Part shown: positions 19,695 to 30,287 of the stretch, piece by piece
Layout: every line of letters begins with the position of its first letter
Numbering within the stretch: the stretch's first letter is position 1
Assembly (NCBI GenBank): GCA_965140445.1
Contig: OZ223236.1
Location: 576,001 to 640,000 of the forward strand
Direction: 5' to 3'
Length of the DNA: 64,000 bases
From: Candidatus Ozemobacteraceae bacterium
Lineage (GTDB): Bacteria; Muiribacteriota; Ozemobacteria; Ozemobacterales; Ozemobacteraceae
Made by a program: the position numbers and the translations under genes
The notes under the pieces: generated by a model
What the model saw: the letters and a program-made list of their open reading frames with translations, nothing else
The model's database searches: none
What the model was told of the DNA's origin: nothing

Positions 19695-20420
19695 TTAGTT
19701 TGGAAGCTTAAGATTTTCCAGGTCGCGAATTCTTCCGCGTAAATCTCCTCTGTCCCATGGCATTACTGGCCACATTATCTCTGAGTAGGTCTTTAATAAC
19801 TCAATTGCTTGTTTTCTTGTTTCTTCTGGTTTTGAAGTCAAAAGAATTCCCTGAAGATCAGCTTTTTGATGGTCCATTTTAAACACATTTCTCAGATAAT
19901 CTTTAACTAATAAACGTAATTCTTCGTTATTTCTATTTTCTTCTGGTAGTTTTAGTTCATTTAGAAACCGGGCATATAATCCTTCGTTTTTGATAAGCTT
20001 CATTGGCAGTCGAAGAGCAATTAGCATTACGTTTCGTGCAAGAATAAAATCGATTTGCTCATCGTTTTTTGCAGAGTCAAGTAAAGCTGAAGTCAGAATT
20101 ATGTTGCCCCCAGGGAAGCAAATTTCATCTGGAATTTCACTTTTTAAAATGTAAACCATGAAGCCAAGCTCTGGTCTGGGGCAGTTTTCGGCGAGTTTTT
20201 TGGCTTTTTCAGAAAGGAGGTGATTGTAGTTTAGTGATCCGGAAATGGAAGGGTCTTTAACGAATTCTGAATGGATAAGACCGCCAACAGCCATTTCAGC
20301 TTTGGTCTCATCAAGTAGCCTGGCGAAATAACGCATAATTGGGTTCTTTGCCTGGGCAGAATTTGAAAAAGCAATCATAAACAAGATGCTGATTAGGAAT
20401 ATTTTCCTCATGTTAGTCAC
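19695..20420 (-). CDS. secreted peptidase M48-like protein lacking HExxH (probably inactive)
   Basis: Signal peptide; ICFPGGNIILTSALLD...DEQIDFILARNVMLI (HE replaced by RN); KADLQG. Confidence 0.7.
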   Translation of the reverse strand: MTNMRKIFLISILFMIAFSNSAQAKNPIMRYFARLLDETKAEMAVGGLIHSEFVKDPSISGSLNYNHLLSEKAKKLAENCPRPELGFMVYILKSEIPDEICFPGGNIILTSALLDSAKNDEQIDFILARNVMLIALRLPMKLIKNEGLYARFLNELKLPEENRNNEELRLLVKDYLRNVFKMDHQKADLQGILLTSKPEETRKQAIELLKTYSEIMWPVMPWDRGDLRGRIRDLENLKLPN

Positions 20421-21489
20421 CGTGGCCTTTCTCAGAAAGTCTTTTTGTAATTCTATTTCTTAGAGATTTTGCTTCATCCAGATTTTTATCAATTCTGATT
20501 TTCAGGATTCCACATTTTCGTATTTGATCTGGATCTACAGGTGTAACCGCTTTTAATTGGAGCTGTGAATACTCAAAACGATCCATAATTCCATTTAAAA
20601 TGGCTTCTATTTTCGCCAGGGCATGTCTGAGATCTCTTTCATCGTCTTTGTTTTTAGGGTAAGCAGCTGAAAGTTCCATAACTGACCCACCAAGAGAATG
20701 CATAAGTTTTTCAACTTTTTCCATTGCCTCAGTTGCTTCCTCAATATTGCTCATTATTTGAGGATTTATTTGTCCCGCTGACAAACGATTTTCAACTCTT
20801 GCTATCCTTTGCGTAGTTTCAGCACTAAAATCTATTGCTTCATTGTCTACGCCAATGTATTCAGATTTCGGATTAAACTCAATTTCGCGATCAGGTCTTA
20901 GAAGTTCATCTATTCCATCGTTTTTGGGGTCTTCAGTCAGATCAAAACGAACTTCAGACCTGTCCATCTGTTTAATTACATTTTTTTCTACAAGAATACG
21001 AATGGCGTGAAACATGTCTTTTCTTTCTAAAAGATGATTAGGATTAAATTTCCCTGATCTTTGAGGGAGAAAAGCACCACCAACTACTGATAGTGGTTTG
21101 CTAAATTTGTTGCCTGGTTTTATATCAGCGAAGGCTCTGGGAAGCTTATTACCAGCTCCAGTTTGCAACGAAAGCTTGTAAAAAGCTTCGGCGGCCATTC
21201 CACGGGAAACAGGCCAATCAAGGTGATGCTGTTTGTCATCAAATTTTTCCAGCAATCCAGAGTTTATAGCTTCAATTTCAGTTAAATTTTTATTGAAAAC
21301 CCTTTCATAAATGCTTTCCATAAAGGTCAGACGAGTAATCTTATCTTCAGCGTTAGCTGGCAACAGATTTGTGGTCAAAAAAAAGATTGCTAAACATAAG
21401 ACCGCAAACTGCCGATAAGAGCAGTGCCATATTTCACATATGACAGGAGATTCTAAAATGTCAGATACGCGTTCGTTAAATACTCCCAT
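20413..21489 (-). CDS. secreted SLH-like domain + coiled-coil protein
   Basis: PVSRGMAA, AFADIKPG, GKFNPNHLLERKD resemble SLH repeats; RBS GGAGGAG before the ATG. Confidence 0.65.
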   Translation of the reverse strand: MGVFNERVSDILESPVICEIWHCSYRQFAVLCLAIFFLTTNLLPANAEDKITRLTFMESIYERVFNKNLTEIEAINSGLLEKFDDKQHHLDWPVSRGMAAEAFYKLSLQTGAGNKLPRAFADIKPGNKFSKPLSVVGGAFLPQRSGKFNPNHLLERKDMFHAIRILVEKNVIKQMDRSEVRFDLTEDPKNDGIDELLRPDREIEFNPKSEYIGVDNEAIDFSAETTQRIARVENRLSAGQINPQIMSNIEEATEAMEKVEKLMHSLGGSVMELSAAYPKNKDDERDLRHALAKIEAILNGIMDRFEYSQLQLKAVTPVDPDQIRKCGILKIRIDKNLDEAKSLRNRITKRLSEKGHGD

Positions 21490-21694
21490 TTCTCCTCCGG
21501 AAGATGAAGAAGTAGTAATGGCCCAAATTCAGAAATACTCTGAACTTACTGAGCGCAGTCTCGACATGATTGAACGGTTGCTCCAAAAGGGCTACGCCAT
21601 GAATTCTCCAGAGGTCAAGCGTTTACAGCAAAAGCTTCATGAGCTTGAGGTAAAGAGCAACTTCTGGCGTAACAGGATGATGAAGTACCTCTAG
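21458..21694 (+). CDS. small helical hypothetical protein, antisense to and overlapping both flanking genes
   Basis: RBS AGGAG 8 nt before the ATG at 21458; amphipathic, coiled-coil-like sequence. Confidence 0.5.
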   Translation: MSDTRSLNTPISPPEDEEVVMAQIQKYSELTERSLDMIERLLQKGYAMNSPEVKRLQQKLHELEVKSNFWRNRMMKYL

Positions 21695-23206
21695 GGACTT
21701 GAAAATATTAATTTCCAGGTTCCATTCAGCCTTAGCGGCTGCGAGGACAGCAACATCCCAGTGACCTGAGAGCATCGCAAGTTTACCGATCTGTCGAGAA
21801 ACAAGCGGGTGTCCATTCAACCGGACAGGCAGGGAAATGAGCAAGGCAGAAGCTTTGCTTAAGTTTCCTGCTTGTCCTGTTTTAGACGCGCGAACAATGG
21901 TCCATACTTTATTCAAAGCCGGCAATGAAAAAGCCATCAGGATAACCCCAACAAGAATTAGAGCCAATCTGGTTCTTCTTGCTGCTTTTATCAGGTCAGG
22001 CATATCTCCCTGCCAGTTTTTTACAGATTCTATTCTATCCTGAATTTCTGGATGTGTCAGCATCCATCTGGGAATTCTGGACGGTGGCGGTGAAATATAT
22101 TCTTCGAGGGTCGTCAAACTACTATTAAATGTGTCTTTTCCCACTATTACAGAAGCAAATCTATCGGCTTGTTTTTCACTTTTTCTGGCTAGATAAGTAA
22201 AGGTAACGGCAAAAAAGAATAGAAACCCGAAAATTTCAAAGGCTTCATACCAGACTCCAGCGTTTACTATTACCCAGTAGTAATCAAAATAAAGTAACAG
22301 TTTAATTCCCAGAGCCAGAAATATTAAATCCATTGAAAAAATCATGTAAGTCCAAACGTGACCCAGTCTAAGATGTCCAAGCTCGTGAGCTAGAACCCCC
22401 TTAACCTGATCGACATTAAAAATTTCCAACAGATACTCAGTTATGTAAATGAATCTGAATTTTCGCGAAAGACCTGCCACTGCAGCATTTGGAATCGGCT
22501 CATTAAACGTGTCCCACACTTTGACTCCTGAAATTGGAGTTTGTGCTTTATCTGACACCTCAATTATTTGTTTTTTTAGATCTTCATCTTTAATCGGAAC
22601 AGCTTTCCAGGCCCAGTTGAATAATCTTGGAGCTAGCAGATATAGTGCAACAAAAAAAACAGGGGCTACAAGATAGGTTTGAATCTCCTGAATATCTGCA
22701 AATTCTGGATTTAAAGCAAAAAGGTCTTCAAAAAAAATCCAAAAAAGCATGGGCGGGAAAAACAGAATAGGAATAGTCATGCGAGCCCTGAAAAAGTCTT
22801 GCATGGTTTGTCTGGAATTCAGGATTGGTTTAAACAAACGGAATAAATTTGCATTTGCCAATTTAAAAAAAAGAACGTATAAAACCAATGAAAATACCAT
22901 TGGTAGAGTTTCAGGCAATTTTTTATGCAATTCGGGAAAAAGCTTCAGTGCTGGGGCACAAAAGCAGTGCAATGCAGATATCCAGAAAACGATTATAAGT
23001 TGAACTTTGCTTTGGACATCCATAAATGAGGGAAATCTATGGTTCTCTCTTACATCGTCCACATATTCAGGAAAGATTTTGTAAAGCAGTAAGACAGAGC
23101 CAAAAAGCCAGAGGCTTAATGCTGTTAGAGGCATTTCGGCCATATAGCCTTCAAAATTTGAAGTTAAATACCCGAGTATTAATAGATGAAAAAAAATAGA
23201 GATCAT
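21623..23206 (-). CDS. M48 family (HtpX/Ste24-like) membrane zinc metalloprotease
   Basis: PNAAVAG, VLAHELGH, EKQADRFA, THP motifs; multiple TM segments. Confidence 0.92.
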   Translation of the reverse strand: MISIFFHLLILGYLTSNFEGYMAEMPLTALSLWLFGSVLLLYKIFPEYVDDVRENHRFPSFMDVQSKVQLIIVFWISALHCFCAPALKLFPELHKKLPETLPMVFSLVLYVLFFKLANANLFRLFKPILNSRQTMQDFFRARMTIPILFFPPMLFWIFFEDLFALNPEFADIQEIQTYLVAPVFFVALYLLAPRLFNWAWKAVPIKDEDLKKQIIEVSDKAQTPISGVKVWDTFNEPIPNAAVAGLSRKFRFIYITEYLLEIFNVDQVKGVLAHELGHLRLGHVWTYMIFSMDLIFLALGIKLLLYFDYYWVIVNAGVWYEAFEIFGFLFFFAVTFTYLARKSEKQADRFASVIVGKDTFNSSLTTLEEYISPPPSRIPRWMLTHPEIQDRIESVKNWQGDMPDLIKAARRTRLALILVGVILMAFSLPALNKVWTIVRASKTGQAGNLSKASALLISLPVRLNGHPLVSRQIGKLAMLSGHWDVAVLAAAKAEWNLEINIFKSLEVLHHPVTPEVALYLKLMKLLL

Positions 23207-23212
23207 TGTTTA

Positions 23213-24466
23213 TCAGGTCTTACGTTCTTTCTTTTTTGCAGCTGGAAATAGAATATTATTAAGAATCAGCCTGTAGCCAGGACTATTTTTGTGGAGATCA
23301 AGTTTGGTTGGACCTTCGCCTACAATGTGGCTAACATCCGCAGGGTCATGTCCGCCGTAAAAACTGAAAAATCCTTTTCCGAAATCCCCTCTTATATATT
23401 TAACTGAAACTCCGTCGTTGTTTTCGCCCATAATTGTAACATTGGGTTTAAGTAATGTTTTTCGAAATGCTGTTGTTTGTCCAAAAAAACCATCAATTAC
23501 ATTGCGATGATTTTGAGTCAGCATTGAAGGAATAGGATCCACTTTGGCTGAAAACTCAAACAATTTGAAAGTCCCCGCGTCGCCCATATAGTTATTGGAA
23601 ACATCAATATCCGAAAATTCATAAATCATGGGATCAGTTATCAATTTGAAGTCTTTAAAAGCAAAGGTTTGTGAGTAGTCCAGCTTTGATTGAGCCATTG
23701 GATCAACTCCATCACCATCGATCTGGCTGGCTACAATGTCAGTTCCATCCGCAGCTAATGCTATGTCCAGAGAATCTACTGCTGAGCACATTGCAAAAAG
23801 GAAGCCGCCATTCAACACGAACTTCTTAATGCCTCTGGCAACCGCCAGCTTTAGCTGCGACACTTTTTTAAATCCATACTTTTGCGCGTCAAGTTGAGCT
23901 CTGGTTACTTGCTTCCTATACCAGTCTGCAAATCTGAAGGAACTATAAAACTTTCCGAATTGACCAGTAAAGTCTTCATGATGCAGATGTACCCAATCGA
24001 ATTTTTCTATGTCACCATTCAAAACTTCTTTGTCATAAAATTTTTCAAATGGGATCCCAGAATAATTTAATACCAGCGTAACCGCGTCGTCCCAGGGTTC
24101 AGAGTAGTCCGGGGAGTAAACTGCAACTTTGGGGGCCTTTTCCAGAAGAACCTTCTCCATGTTTTCTTCTTCGATTGTTACATATATTTGCTGAATTTGT
24201 GCATCAGATAGCTTTTCAACCGTGACGCCCTGAATCTTTGCTTTATCTCTTATTTCAGGAAGGTCTTCAGTCAGGAAAGAGCCGCCTCTGTAGTTTAGAA
24301 GCCACTCTACGTCTGTGCCTGTTTTATCAAGAATAAAATATGTTACTCCATAGGCTCTTAAATGATCATTTTGCTCGTTATCCATCGGGATAAGAAGTTT
24401 TTGAGCAAAGCAAAGCTGGGTTAGTAATAAAAAGCCTATAAAAAGTGATATGCATCTCGTTCTCAT
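23213..24466 (-). CDS. conserved secreted protein with GATase-like fold (family often auto-labelled 'asparagine synthetase B')
   Basis: LIPMD..QNDHLRAYG, WLLNYRGGSF, PWDDAVTLVL, LHHEDFTGQFGKFY, FAMCSA, YGGHDP, SPGYRLILNNILFPAA. Confidence 0.8.
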   Translation of the reverse strand: MRTRCISLFIGFLLLTQLCFAQKLLIPMDNEQNDHLRAYGVTYFILDKTGTDVEWLLNYRGGSFLTEDLPEIRDKAKIQGVTVEKLSDAQIQQIYVTIEEENMEKVLLEKAPKVAVYSPDYSEPWDDAVTLVLNYSGIPFEKFYDKEVLNGDIEKFDWVHLHHEDFTGQFGKFYSSFRFADWYRKQVTRAQLDAQKYGFKKVSQLKLAVARGIKKFVLNGGFLFAMCSAVDSLDIALAADGTDIVASQIDGDGVDPMAQSKLDYSQTFAFKDFKLITDPMIYEFSDIDVSNNYMGDAGTFKLFEFSAKVDPIPSMLTQNHRNVIDGFFGQTTAFRKTLLKPNVTIMGENNDGVSVKYIRGDFGKGFFSFYGGHDPADVSHIVGEGPTKLDLHKNSPGYRLILNNILFPAAKKKERKT

Positions 24467-26853
24467 TTTTTGTTTTCCTGTTTTTCCGCGTCTATTGATC
24501 GAATTCTTTTTTTGAATCGAGAGCTTCGTAGGTCGTCTGGAAATCTATCCACAAATGTTTGCAAATATGCATTGTATTTGAAGTCAGATACTTTTAATTT
24601 CTTTTTTAATCTCATGTTAAGACACATCAGGTCTGCGGTGGTGTGAAAAGTAGGGTTCTTTTCAATAAAATCTTCTACTTTTTTTGCCAGTTCTTCAGGT
24701 TTTTCTGTGTCTAAGGAAATGCTAAGTTGCATCGATTTCATATCAAGCAGGATTCCAGTTGAGGTAGCAGTTTGATTATTAATTTCTTTGTTTAAAACAT
24801 CAATTGCACTTTTGGTTTTACCGGTCAGGTTTAATCTTTTAGCTTTAAGAAAACTCTCGAGCATGGAAAAGTTTCCCGTGGAACCACGACTAATTAATAA
24901 GGCCAGCTCAAGTGCATCATTTACCCAGAATGACTCTGGATGCTTTTCAACAACTTCTTTAAGCAAATTCAATGCTTCCTGAAAGTTATTTTTATGGGTT
25001 TCCAATACGCCTTTTTCAAAGGTTAATCTGGCTTCCATATCACTTTCAGCAGCCAGGTCACCAGAAAACATTCTATCTCTTCCCGATTCTTGAAAAAGCT
25101 TGTTGTACTGTTCCAATATCGATTCAGCCTTTTTGAAATCCTCTTCGTAGACATATAGTCTGCTTTTAAGTAGAGCTGCTTCAGCGGCATATATCATAGA
25201 TGTGTTAATTAAACCGGTTTGAAGAATCATATCTACCAATTCATGACTTTTTGCCGTGTCATGGAACTGTAGAACTGCGAACTGAGCGAGCTTTACAAGT
25301 AATTTTGATTTCAGTTCACCGTCAGCAACACTTCCTGATTCAACAATTTTCAATGCAGTTTCAAATGAAACCTTTGCTCTTTCATGATCTTGATCTGGCA
25401 AATCCAGCATTAGAATAGCTATTCTCAGTGCCATTGTAGTTTTTGAAAAAGTGTCGCAAATTTTGTCACAAAGCTTAAAATGGAAGCTTTCAGGATAGAT
25501 AATTGCATCTTGTCTCAGGCGTTCAAACAAAAAGTCATCAAGGGTACCATTTGTTAGTTTTAATAATGATATAAGTCCGTCTACGTCTGCTGAGCCTTTT
25601 CTTCTGAAGAAAATTTCCATTAAAGCTTGTTGAATAGCGCTGCTATAAATCTGAGTATTCAGTTCTTTTAATCGGTTTTCAAATGAAAAGCTTTTCTCTT
25701 CACTTTCATAAAGTTTGTTAAAAACTTCAATTTTGAAATATCCGTTTGCTAAAACTCTAAGATATTCTTCCAGAGCTTCTTTTTTACGCCCCAATGCTTC
25801 CAGAACGCTTGCCATTTCTTCGGCGAACATTGTTGGTGCCCGAAGATTTGTTCTGGCCTCTTTGAAGCCCTCTAATGCTTCTTCATAGAGTCGGTGTTCT
25901 ATCAGAACGTCAGTGTAATCCTGATAGAATTCCCTTCTTTGCATCATGGGATTATTTATAGGGCTTCTCCAGGTGGCTATTGCTTCCTGAACACGTTTTG
26001 CAAGAAAATGGCAATGGCCGGCTTTTTTGATTGAGTCCCAGTCATTTGGCAAAAACTTGATTAACTTTTTCAAGGTTATTAGTGCTTCTTCTGGCTTTTG
26101 AGTCTCAAGCTGAAGATTGGCTAATTTTTTTAGCAGCACTGTATTCCTGGGTGTTTCAGGGGATTCGTCAATTAGCTTTATCGCTTTTTCTTTTTTGTTG
26201 ATAGCAACATAGCAGTCGGATACAAAGTCTAAATATCTATAAGTCTTGTATCTAGCTTTTCGATTTTCAATTGTGGATAGAAGTTTTTCTACTTCACCTG
26301 TTTTGATTGCAAGCTCCAGGAAATCCTGAAAAACTCCCCGGTCAGCGCTTTGCTCCAGAAGCTTCTCAAGTAGCAACCAGGCTTCGTCTTTTCTTCCAAC
26401 TTGCAGATACATGGCTGCAAGTTTCCTCGAAACCCATTCAACTCTAATATTCTGCTTTTTCCATGATTCAAGAATCTCAATTGCTTCTTTGAATCTTTGC
26501 AGGTCGGAAAGAATTGTCAGGAGCAGTTCTCTGGCATTTTGAAGATTTCCATCGTTGGATTTTTTCTCAATAATTTCTTTTAGTAATGTAATGGCTTTTT
26601 CATGATCATTTAAATCTTTGTAAATGTGTGCCAGCTGAAGCTTGGCCATATTGCCAAAAATATCATCTGGGTATTTTTCTATTAGCTCATTAAGCTGTTT
26701 TTGGGCAGGAGTAAGTCTTCTGTTCCTTAAGGCGTCCATTCCTCGTTGATACATTTGTGCAGCATCTGGATTATAAGGAGCTGCTGAGGCTATTCCAGCA
26801 AATCCCAAAAATATTCCAAGTGCAATTAGAACAGGCAGATTTTTACTTTTCAT
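24463..26853 (-). CDS. secreted tetratricopeptide repeat protein
   Basis: Signal peptide; many TPR-like units (LIEKYPDD...AKLQLA, VVEKHPES). Confidence 0.85.
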   Translation of the reverse strand: MKSKNLPVLIALGIFLGFAGIASAAPYNPDAAQMYQRGMDALRNRRLTPAQKQLNELIEKYPDDIFGNMAKLQLAHIYKDLNDHEKAITLLKEIIEKKSNDGNLQNARELLLTILSDLQRFKEAIEILESWKKQNIRVEWVSRKLAAMYLQVGRKDEAWLLLEKLLEQSADRGVFQDFLELAIKTGEVEKLLSTIENRKARYKTYRYLDFVSDCYVAINKKEKAIKLIDESPETPRNTVLLKKLANLQLETQKPEEALITLKKLIKFLPNDWDSIKKAGHCHFLAKRVQEAIATWRSPINNPMMQRREFYQDYTDVLIEHRLYEEALEGFKEARTNLRAPTMFAEEMASVLEALGRKKEALEEYLRVLANGYFKIEVFNKLYESEEKSFSFENRLKELNTQIYSSAIQQALMEIFFRRKGSADVDGLISLLKLTNGTLDDFLFERLRQDAIIYPESFHFKLCDKICDTFSKTTMALRIAILMLDLPDQDHERAKVSFETALKIVESGSVADGELKSKLLVKLAQFAVLQFHDTAKSHELVDMILQTGLINTSMIYAAEAALLKSRLYVYEEDFKKAESILEQYNKLFQESGRDRMFSGDLAAESDMEARLTFEKGVLETHKNNFQEALNLLKEVVEKHPESFWVNDALELALLISRGSTGNFSMLESFLKAKRLNLTGKTKSAIDVLNKEINNQTATSTGILLDMKSMQLSISLDTEKPEELAKKVEDFIEKNPTFHTTADLMCLNMRLKKKLKVSDFKYNAYLQTFVDRFPDDLRSSRFKKRIRSIDAEKQENKK

Positions 26854-29800
26854 TATTCTTCACCATATATGTTCAGAGACTTGAAGTAATCCTGAAGAAG
26901 GTTTTTATATTCAGCTGGATATTCTTCACGGGTTTCGCTTAAAAAGTCTTTGCTAAGATCTCTGGTCTCTGATCCAATTGAAGTTATTGGTTTTTCAGGA
27001 TCTTTCTGGACTTTTTGGCTGGATTTTTCCGCTTTTCTTTCTTCGCTCTCTTCTTCTCTGTTTTTGATAGATTTTTGAGCTCTCAACATTCTTTCGTAAA
27101 TGGCTTTTTGCTTTTCTGCTACCTTTTTCCTTAACTTTGGATCAAGAATTTGAGTTTCAAGGTCTTTCATTTCTTCAGATACTTTGTTCATGCGGCCAAG
27201 AGTGTTCATTTTATTCTGGCTTTCGCGCATCAATTTTTCCAGCGCTTCTCTTACCTTTCTTTGTTCCATGGCCATTCTCTGCAGCTGTTGCATCATTTGT
27301 GGAGAAGGTTTGCCTTGTTGCTGCATCATCTTTCTATAAAGACTCAATTGTCTTTTGGTCAGATTTTTGAATTGCTGAAGGGCATCCATTGGGCTTGAAG
27401 AAGATCCTCCACCCTGCTGATCCTGAGCTCGCATGAGATCCATTGCTAATATATTGAATTTGCGGATTATTTCTTGCTGATCTTCACGGGATTTGGCAAC
27501 CGATCTGTCTTCAAGATTTTTAACTATTTCAGCAAAGAGTCTCTGAACGCCTCTCATAGAATCAAGAACTGAGGGATCTACTGAAAAGCTGCTTTTTATG
27601 AACTTTTCAAGTGATTGCTCAAGCTTTGCTCCCTGCTGTTTTACCTGCACCTGTAGTATTGAAACTTCATCTATCAGGCCTTCAATCTCAGGTTTACTTC
27701 CACGCATGAATTGCCCTGGCAGGAATTTTAGTTTTTTTAGCAAGGACTCCTGATCGGTAGACACTTTTAATGCTCGATATATGAATCTGGATAGGTCTAG
27801 TTGTGGTGCTTGTCCACCTGAACAGGCTCTGCAGATTTTGTCTGCATCCTTTTTGAGAGACTCCAGGAATTTAAGCATTTGGCGCTGTTTTTCCATCGCT
27901 TCTTGAGGCTTCTTTTCCTGCATTTTTTTGGAAATTTCGTCAGACATTTTTCTGAAGTCCTGTTGCTTCATTTTATCTCTGATGTTTTTGACTTCTTCCA
28001 TTAAAGGGTTGTCTTTTAGATCATCCTTGGATTTCTCCGCAGCCATCTTCTGGGCCTGTTCCTGAAGGTCTTCCATTTCTTTTTTTAGCTTTTCCTGCTG
28101 ATCAGAAAGATCTTTCATGGTTGCTTCGTCTTCAGGAGTGGTTTTTCCTTCCTTCATTTTTTGCTCAAGTTCCGCTGTTTTAGAGGCGATATCCTGCTGC
28201 CGTTTATGAAGATCTTCGATTGCCTTTCCAAGCGAATTCAGCTTTTGTTGCTCTTTGACCTGTGTAAGCAGGTCTATAGTTCTGTCCAGCCCTTTAAGGT
28301 AATCTTCCATTTTAAAGGCTTCTTCGTATTTTTTCAGGTCTTCTGGATTCAGTTTAAGATCTTTAAGTGATTCTCGGAGTTCCTGCATCATTTTCTTGGT
28401 TTTTTCATCCATGACTTCGTTCATTAAGTCACTCACCTTCTGCATGCGCTCTAATGCTTCTGGTGTGTTAAGCGGATTGTCTTCCATATTATTTTGCAGA
28501 CTTTTGAAGCTTTTTTGAATCTCTTCCGCCATTTTTTGCTGTTTCATACCATCTTCAATGGCTTTCTCTATGGCTTTTTGCGATTCAAAATCCAACTTTT
28601 CCGAATGCTTGATTTGCTCATAAGCCTCCATAAGAGACTTTTTGCGCAACTTCTGGGCTTCCATATATTCCTGCAATTTTTCGGCAAGATCCTCATGTTG
28701 ATTGTCTTCACCCTTGTAAAGGTCATACATGGATGGCATGCTGATGTGGTATTCACTTGTTGATGCGATATTTGGTGTTGGTTTACAGGCATCTTCAACC
28801 TGAATGTAATAAGTTATTTTTGTTCCCGGCTGAACAGCCAGCGTGTCCAGTGGCCATGGGAAATCCACCTGGTATTCGGTCATTGGTGAAAAATCAGGTT
28901 TAAGATTGTGGGGAATTGGATCCTGTCGAATACCAATTTTGTAATAAAGGATCATGGTTTTTACGCCGAAATCGTCTCTTGTTACTGCTTTAAGCTCTAT
29001 CATTCTTTTTTTTGGGAAGGGAATATCCTGGCCTGGTTTGAGCAATTCGACAGTTGGCGATGCATCGATTACTGCAGCTATCTTGTAAGAAACCGGCTTT
29101 TCATTTTTAAGGCCGAGTGAGTTTTCCAGATAGATACTATAGGTGGTGTCAGTCGCCACAGAAAAGGAATAGGAGAACTTATTTTTGCCAGATAGCTTAC
29201 AGGTCTCTGTGGCTCCGGGAGACAAATTAATGAGAGCTTTAGAGATTTCCTGATCGGTTACCCCTTTAATTTCTATTTTTGTGCCAATCAAAACAGAGCA
29301 ATCTCCTGTTCCTTCTGGTAATTCCAGTGGCGCAGTTGCAATGTAAGCTGGTTGATGAACAGTTACGTAAAGCTCTTTTACTTCTGGTCTCGTCATTACA
29401 TTGATTTTGAATCTTGGAGATTTGAACTTTTCACAGCTGATTTGATAGTCCGAAGATTCTTGAAGGCCAGTTAAATTATATAGATAAACAGCTTCTGTGG
29501 CTGTTTTATCTGGGTACATCTCGACCTCTGTTCCTTCTTCTTTTTCTGGCTCAAATAGCTTGAGAATTGGAATCTCTTTACTTGATCTATTAGGTCTGGC
29601 GACGATTTGTAAGTCATTGCCTCTCGCTACCACAGTGTTTCCAGGGGTTATCTGGAAGTCCAGAGTTGAAAATGGTGCGATTGCTCTCAGAGGAAAGACT
29701 AGTCTCGAAGCCCCTATTTCTACTTCCAGAGGAGAGATTAGATACCAGATTCCAGCTAATAGCATAAATACAGCCATTGTAAATGCTGAAATCTTTCTGG

Positions 29801-30287
29801 AAAAGGCTTTAAGAGCAACTTTTAAGTCTTCGTATTTTAAGCCTTTCTGTGCATCAATTACGGTTATTTTCCTGAAAATTTCAGAAGTTCCGGGATATTT
29901 AATGTTGGCTTCTGCGAATTCGGCGGCACTTGAAAGTCCAGAATTAAATTTTTCACTGGCTTCTTCTATCTCGACCGCCATTTTTGTTACGGTTGGGGGA
30001 TTAAAGAGTGCATAAATCCCTTTTAAAAGCCAGTATGAAACTGATCCGTAAAGCGCCAGAGATCCAATGTGACGAATGAATTCGGATTGAGCTGGAGTTC
30101 TTTCTGAAAGAAGAAAAAGGAGAAGAACAACCGAAGCGCTAACAGCTGCCCAGAACAGACAGGACATAACTACTCTGCGCTGGCGCTTGCGACGGTAAAG
30201 CCCAAGAGTTTTGGCAAACTCCTCTTTATATTGGCTATACTTATTCAGTTCTTGTTTTATATCTTCTATTTTCATTTTTATTGGCAC
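26853..30287 (-). CDS. DUF4175-like membrane-anchored protein with long coiled coil
   Basis: Three N-terminal TMs, Ig-like region (RDDFGV), long Q/E/K/M-rich coil, C-terminal YPAEYKNLLQDYF. Confidence 0.8.
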   Translation of the reverse strand: MPIKMKIEDIKQELNKYSQYKEEFAKTLGLYRRKRQRRVVMSCLFWAAVSASVVLLLFLLSERTPAQSEFIRHIGSLALYGSVSYWLLKGIYALFNPPTVTKMAVEIEEASEKFNSGLSSAAEFAEANIKYPGTSEIFRKITVIDAQKGLKYEDLKVALKAFSRKISAFTMAVFMLLAGIWYLISPLEVEIGASRLVFPLRAIAPFSTLDFQITPGNTVVARGNDLQIVARPNRSSKEIPILKLFEPEKEEGTEVEMYPDKTATEAVYLYNLTGLQESSDYQISCEKFKSPRFKINVMTRPEVKELYVTVHQPAYIATAPLELPEGTGDCSVLIGTKIEIKGVTDQEISKALINLSPGATETCKLSGKNKFSYSFSVATDTTYSIYLENSLGLKNEKPVSYKIAAVIDASPTVELLKPGQDIPFPKKRMIELKAVTRDDFGVKTMILYYKIGIRQDPIPHNLKPDFSPMTEYQVDFPWPLDTLAVQPGTKITYYIQVEDACKPTPNIASTSEYHISMPSMYDLYKGEDNQHEDLAEKLQEYMEAQKLRKKSLMEAYEQIKHSEKLDFESQKAIEKAIEDGMKQQKMAEEIQKSFKSLQNNMEDNPLNTPEALERMQKVSDLMNEVMDEKTKKMMQELRESLKDLKLNPEDLKKYEEAFKMEDYLKGLDRTIDLLTQVKEQQKLNSLGKAIEDLHKRQQDIASKTAELEQKMKEGKTTPEDEATMKDLSDQQEKLKKEMEDLQEQAQKMAAEKSKDDLKDNPLMEEVKNIRDKMKQQDFRKMSDEISKKMQEKKPQEAMEKQRQMLKFLESLKKDADKICRACSGGQAPQLDLSRFIYRALKVSTDQESLLKKLKFLPGQFMRGSKPEIEGLIDEVSILQVQVKQQGAKLEQSLEKFIKSSFSVDPSVLDSMRGVQRLFAEIVKNLEDRSVAKSREDQQEIIRKFNILAMDLMRAQDQQGGGSSSSPMDALQQFKNLTKRQLSLYRKMMQQQGKPSPQMMQQLQRMAMEQRKVREALEKLMRESQNKMNTLGRMNKVSEEMKDLETQILDPKLRKKVAEKQKAIYERMLRAQKSIKNREEESEERKAEKSSQKVQKDPEKPITSIGSETRDLSKDFLSETREEYPAEYKNLLQDYFKSLNIYGEE

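Noticed and set aside
23213..24466. True asparagine synthetase B
   Set aside because: It has a signal peptide and lacks the N-terminal Cys Ntn domain and the SGGLDS ATP motif.
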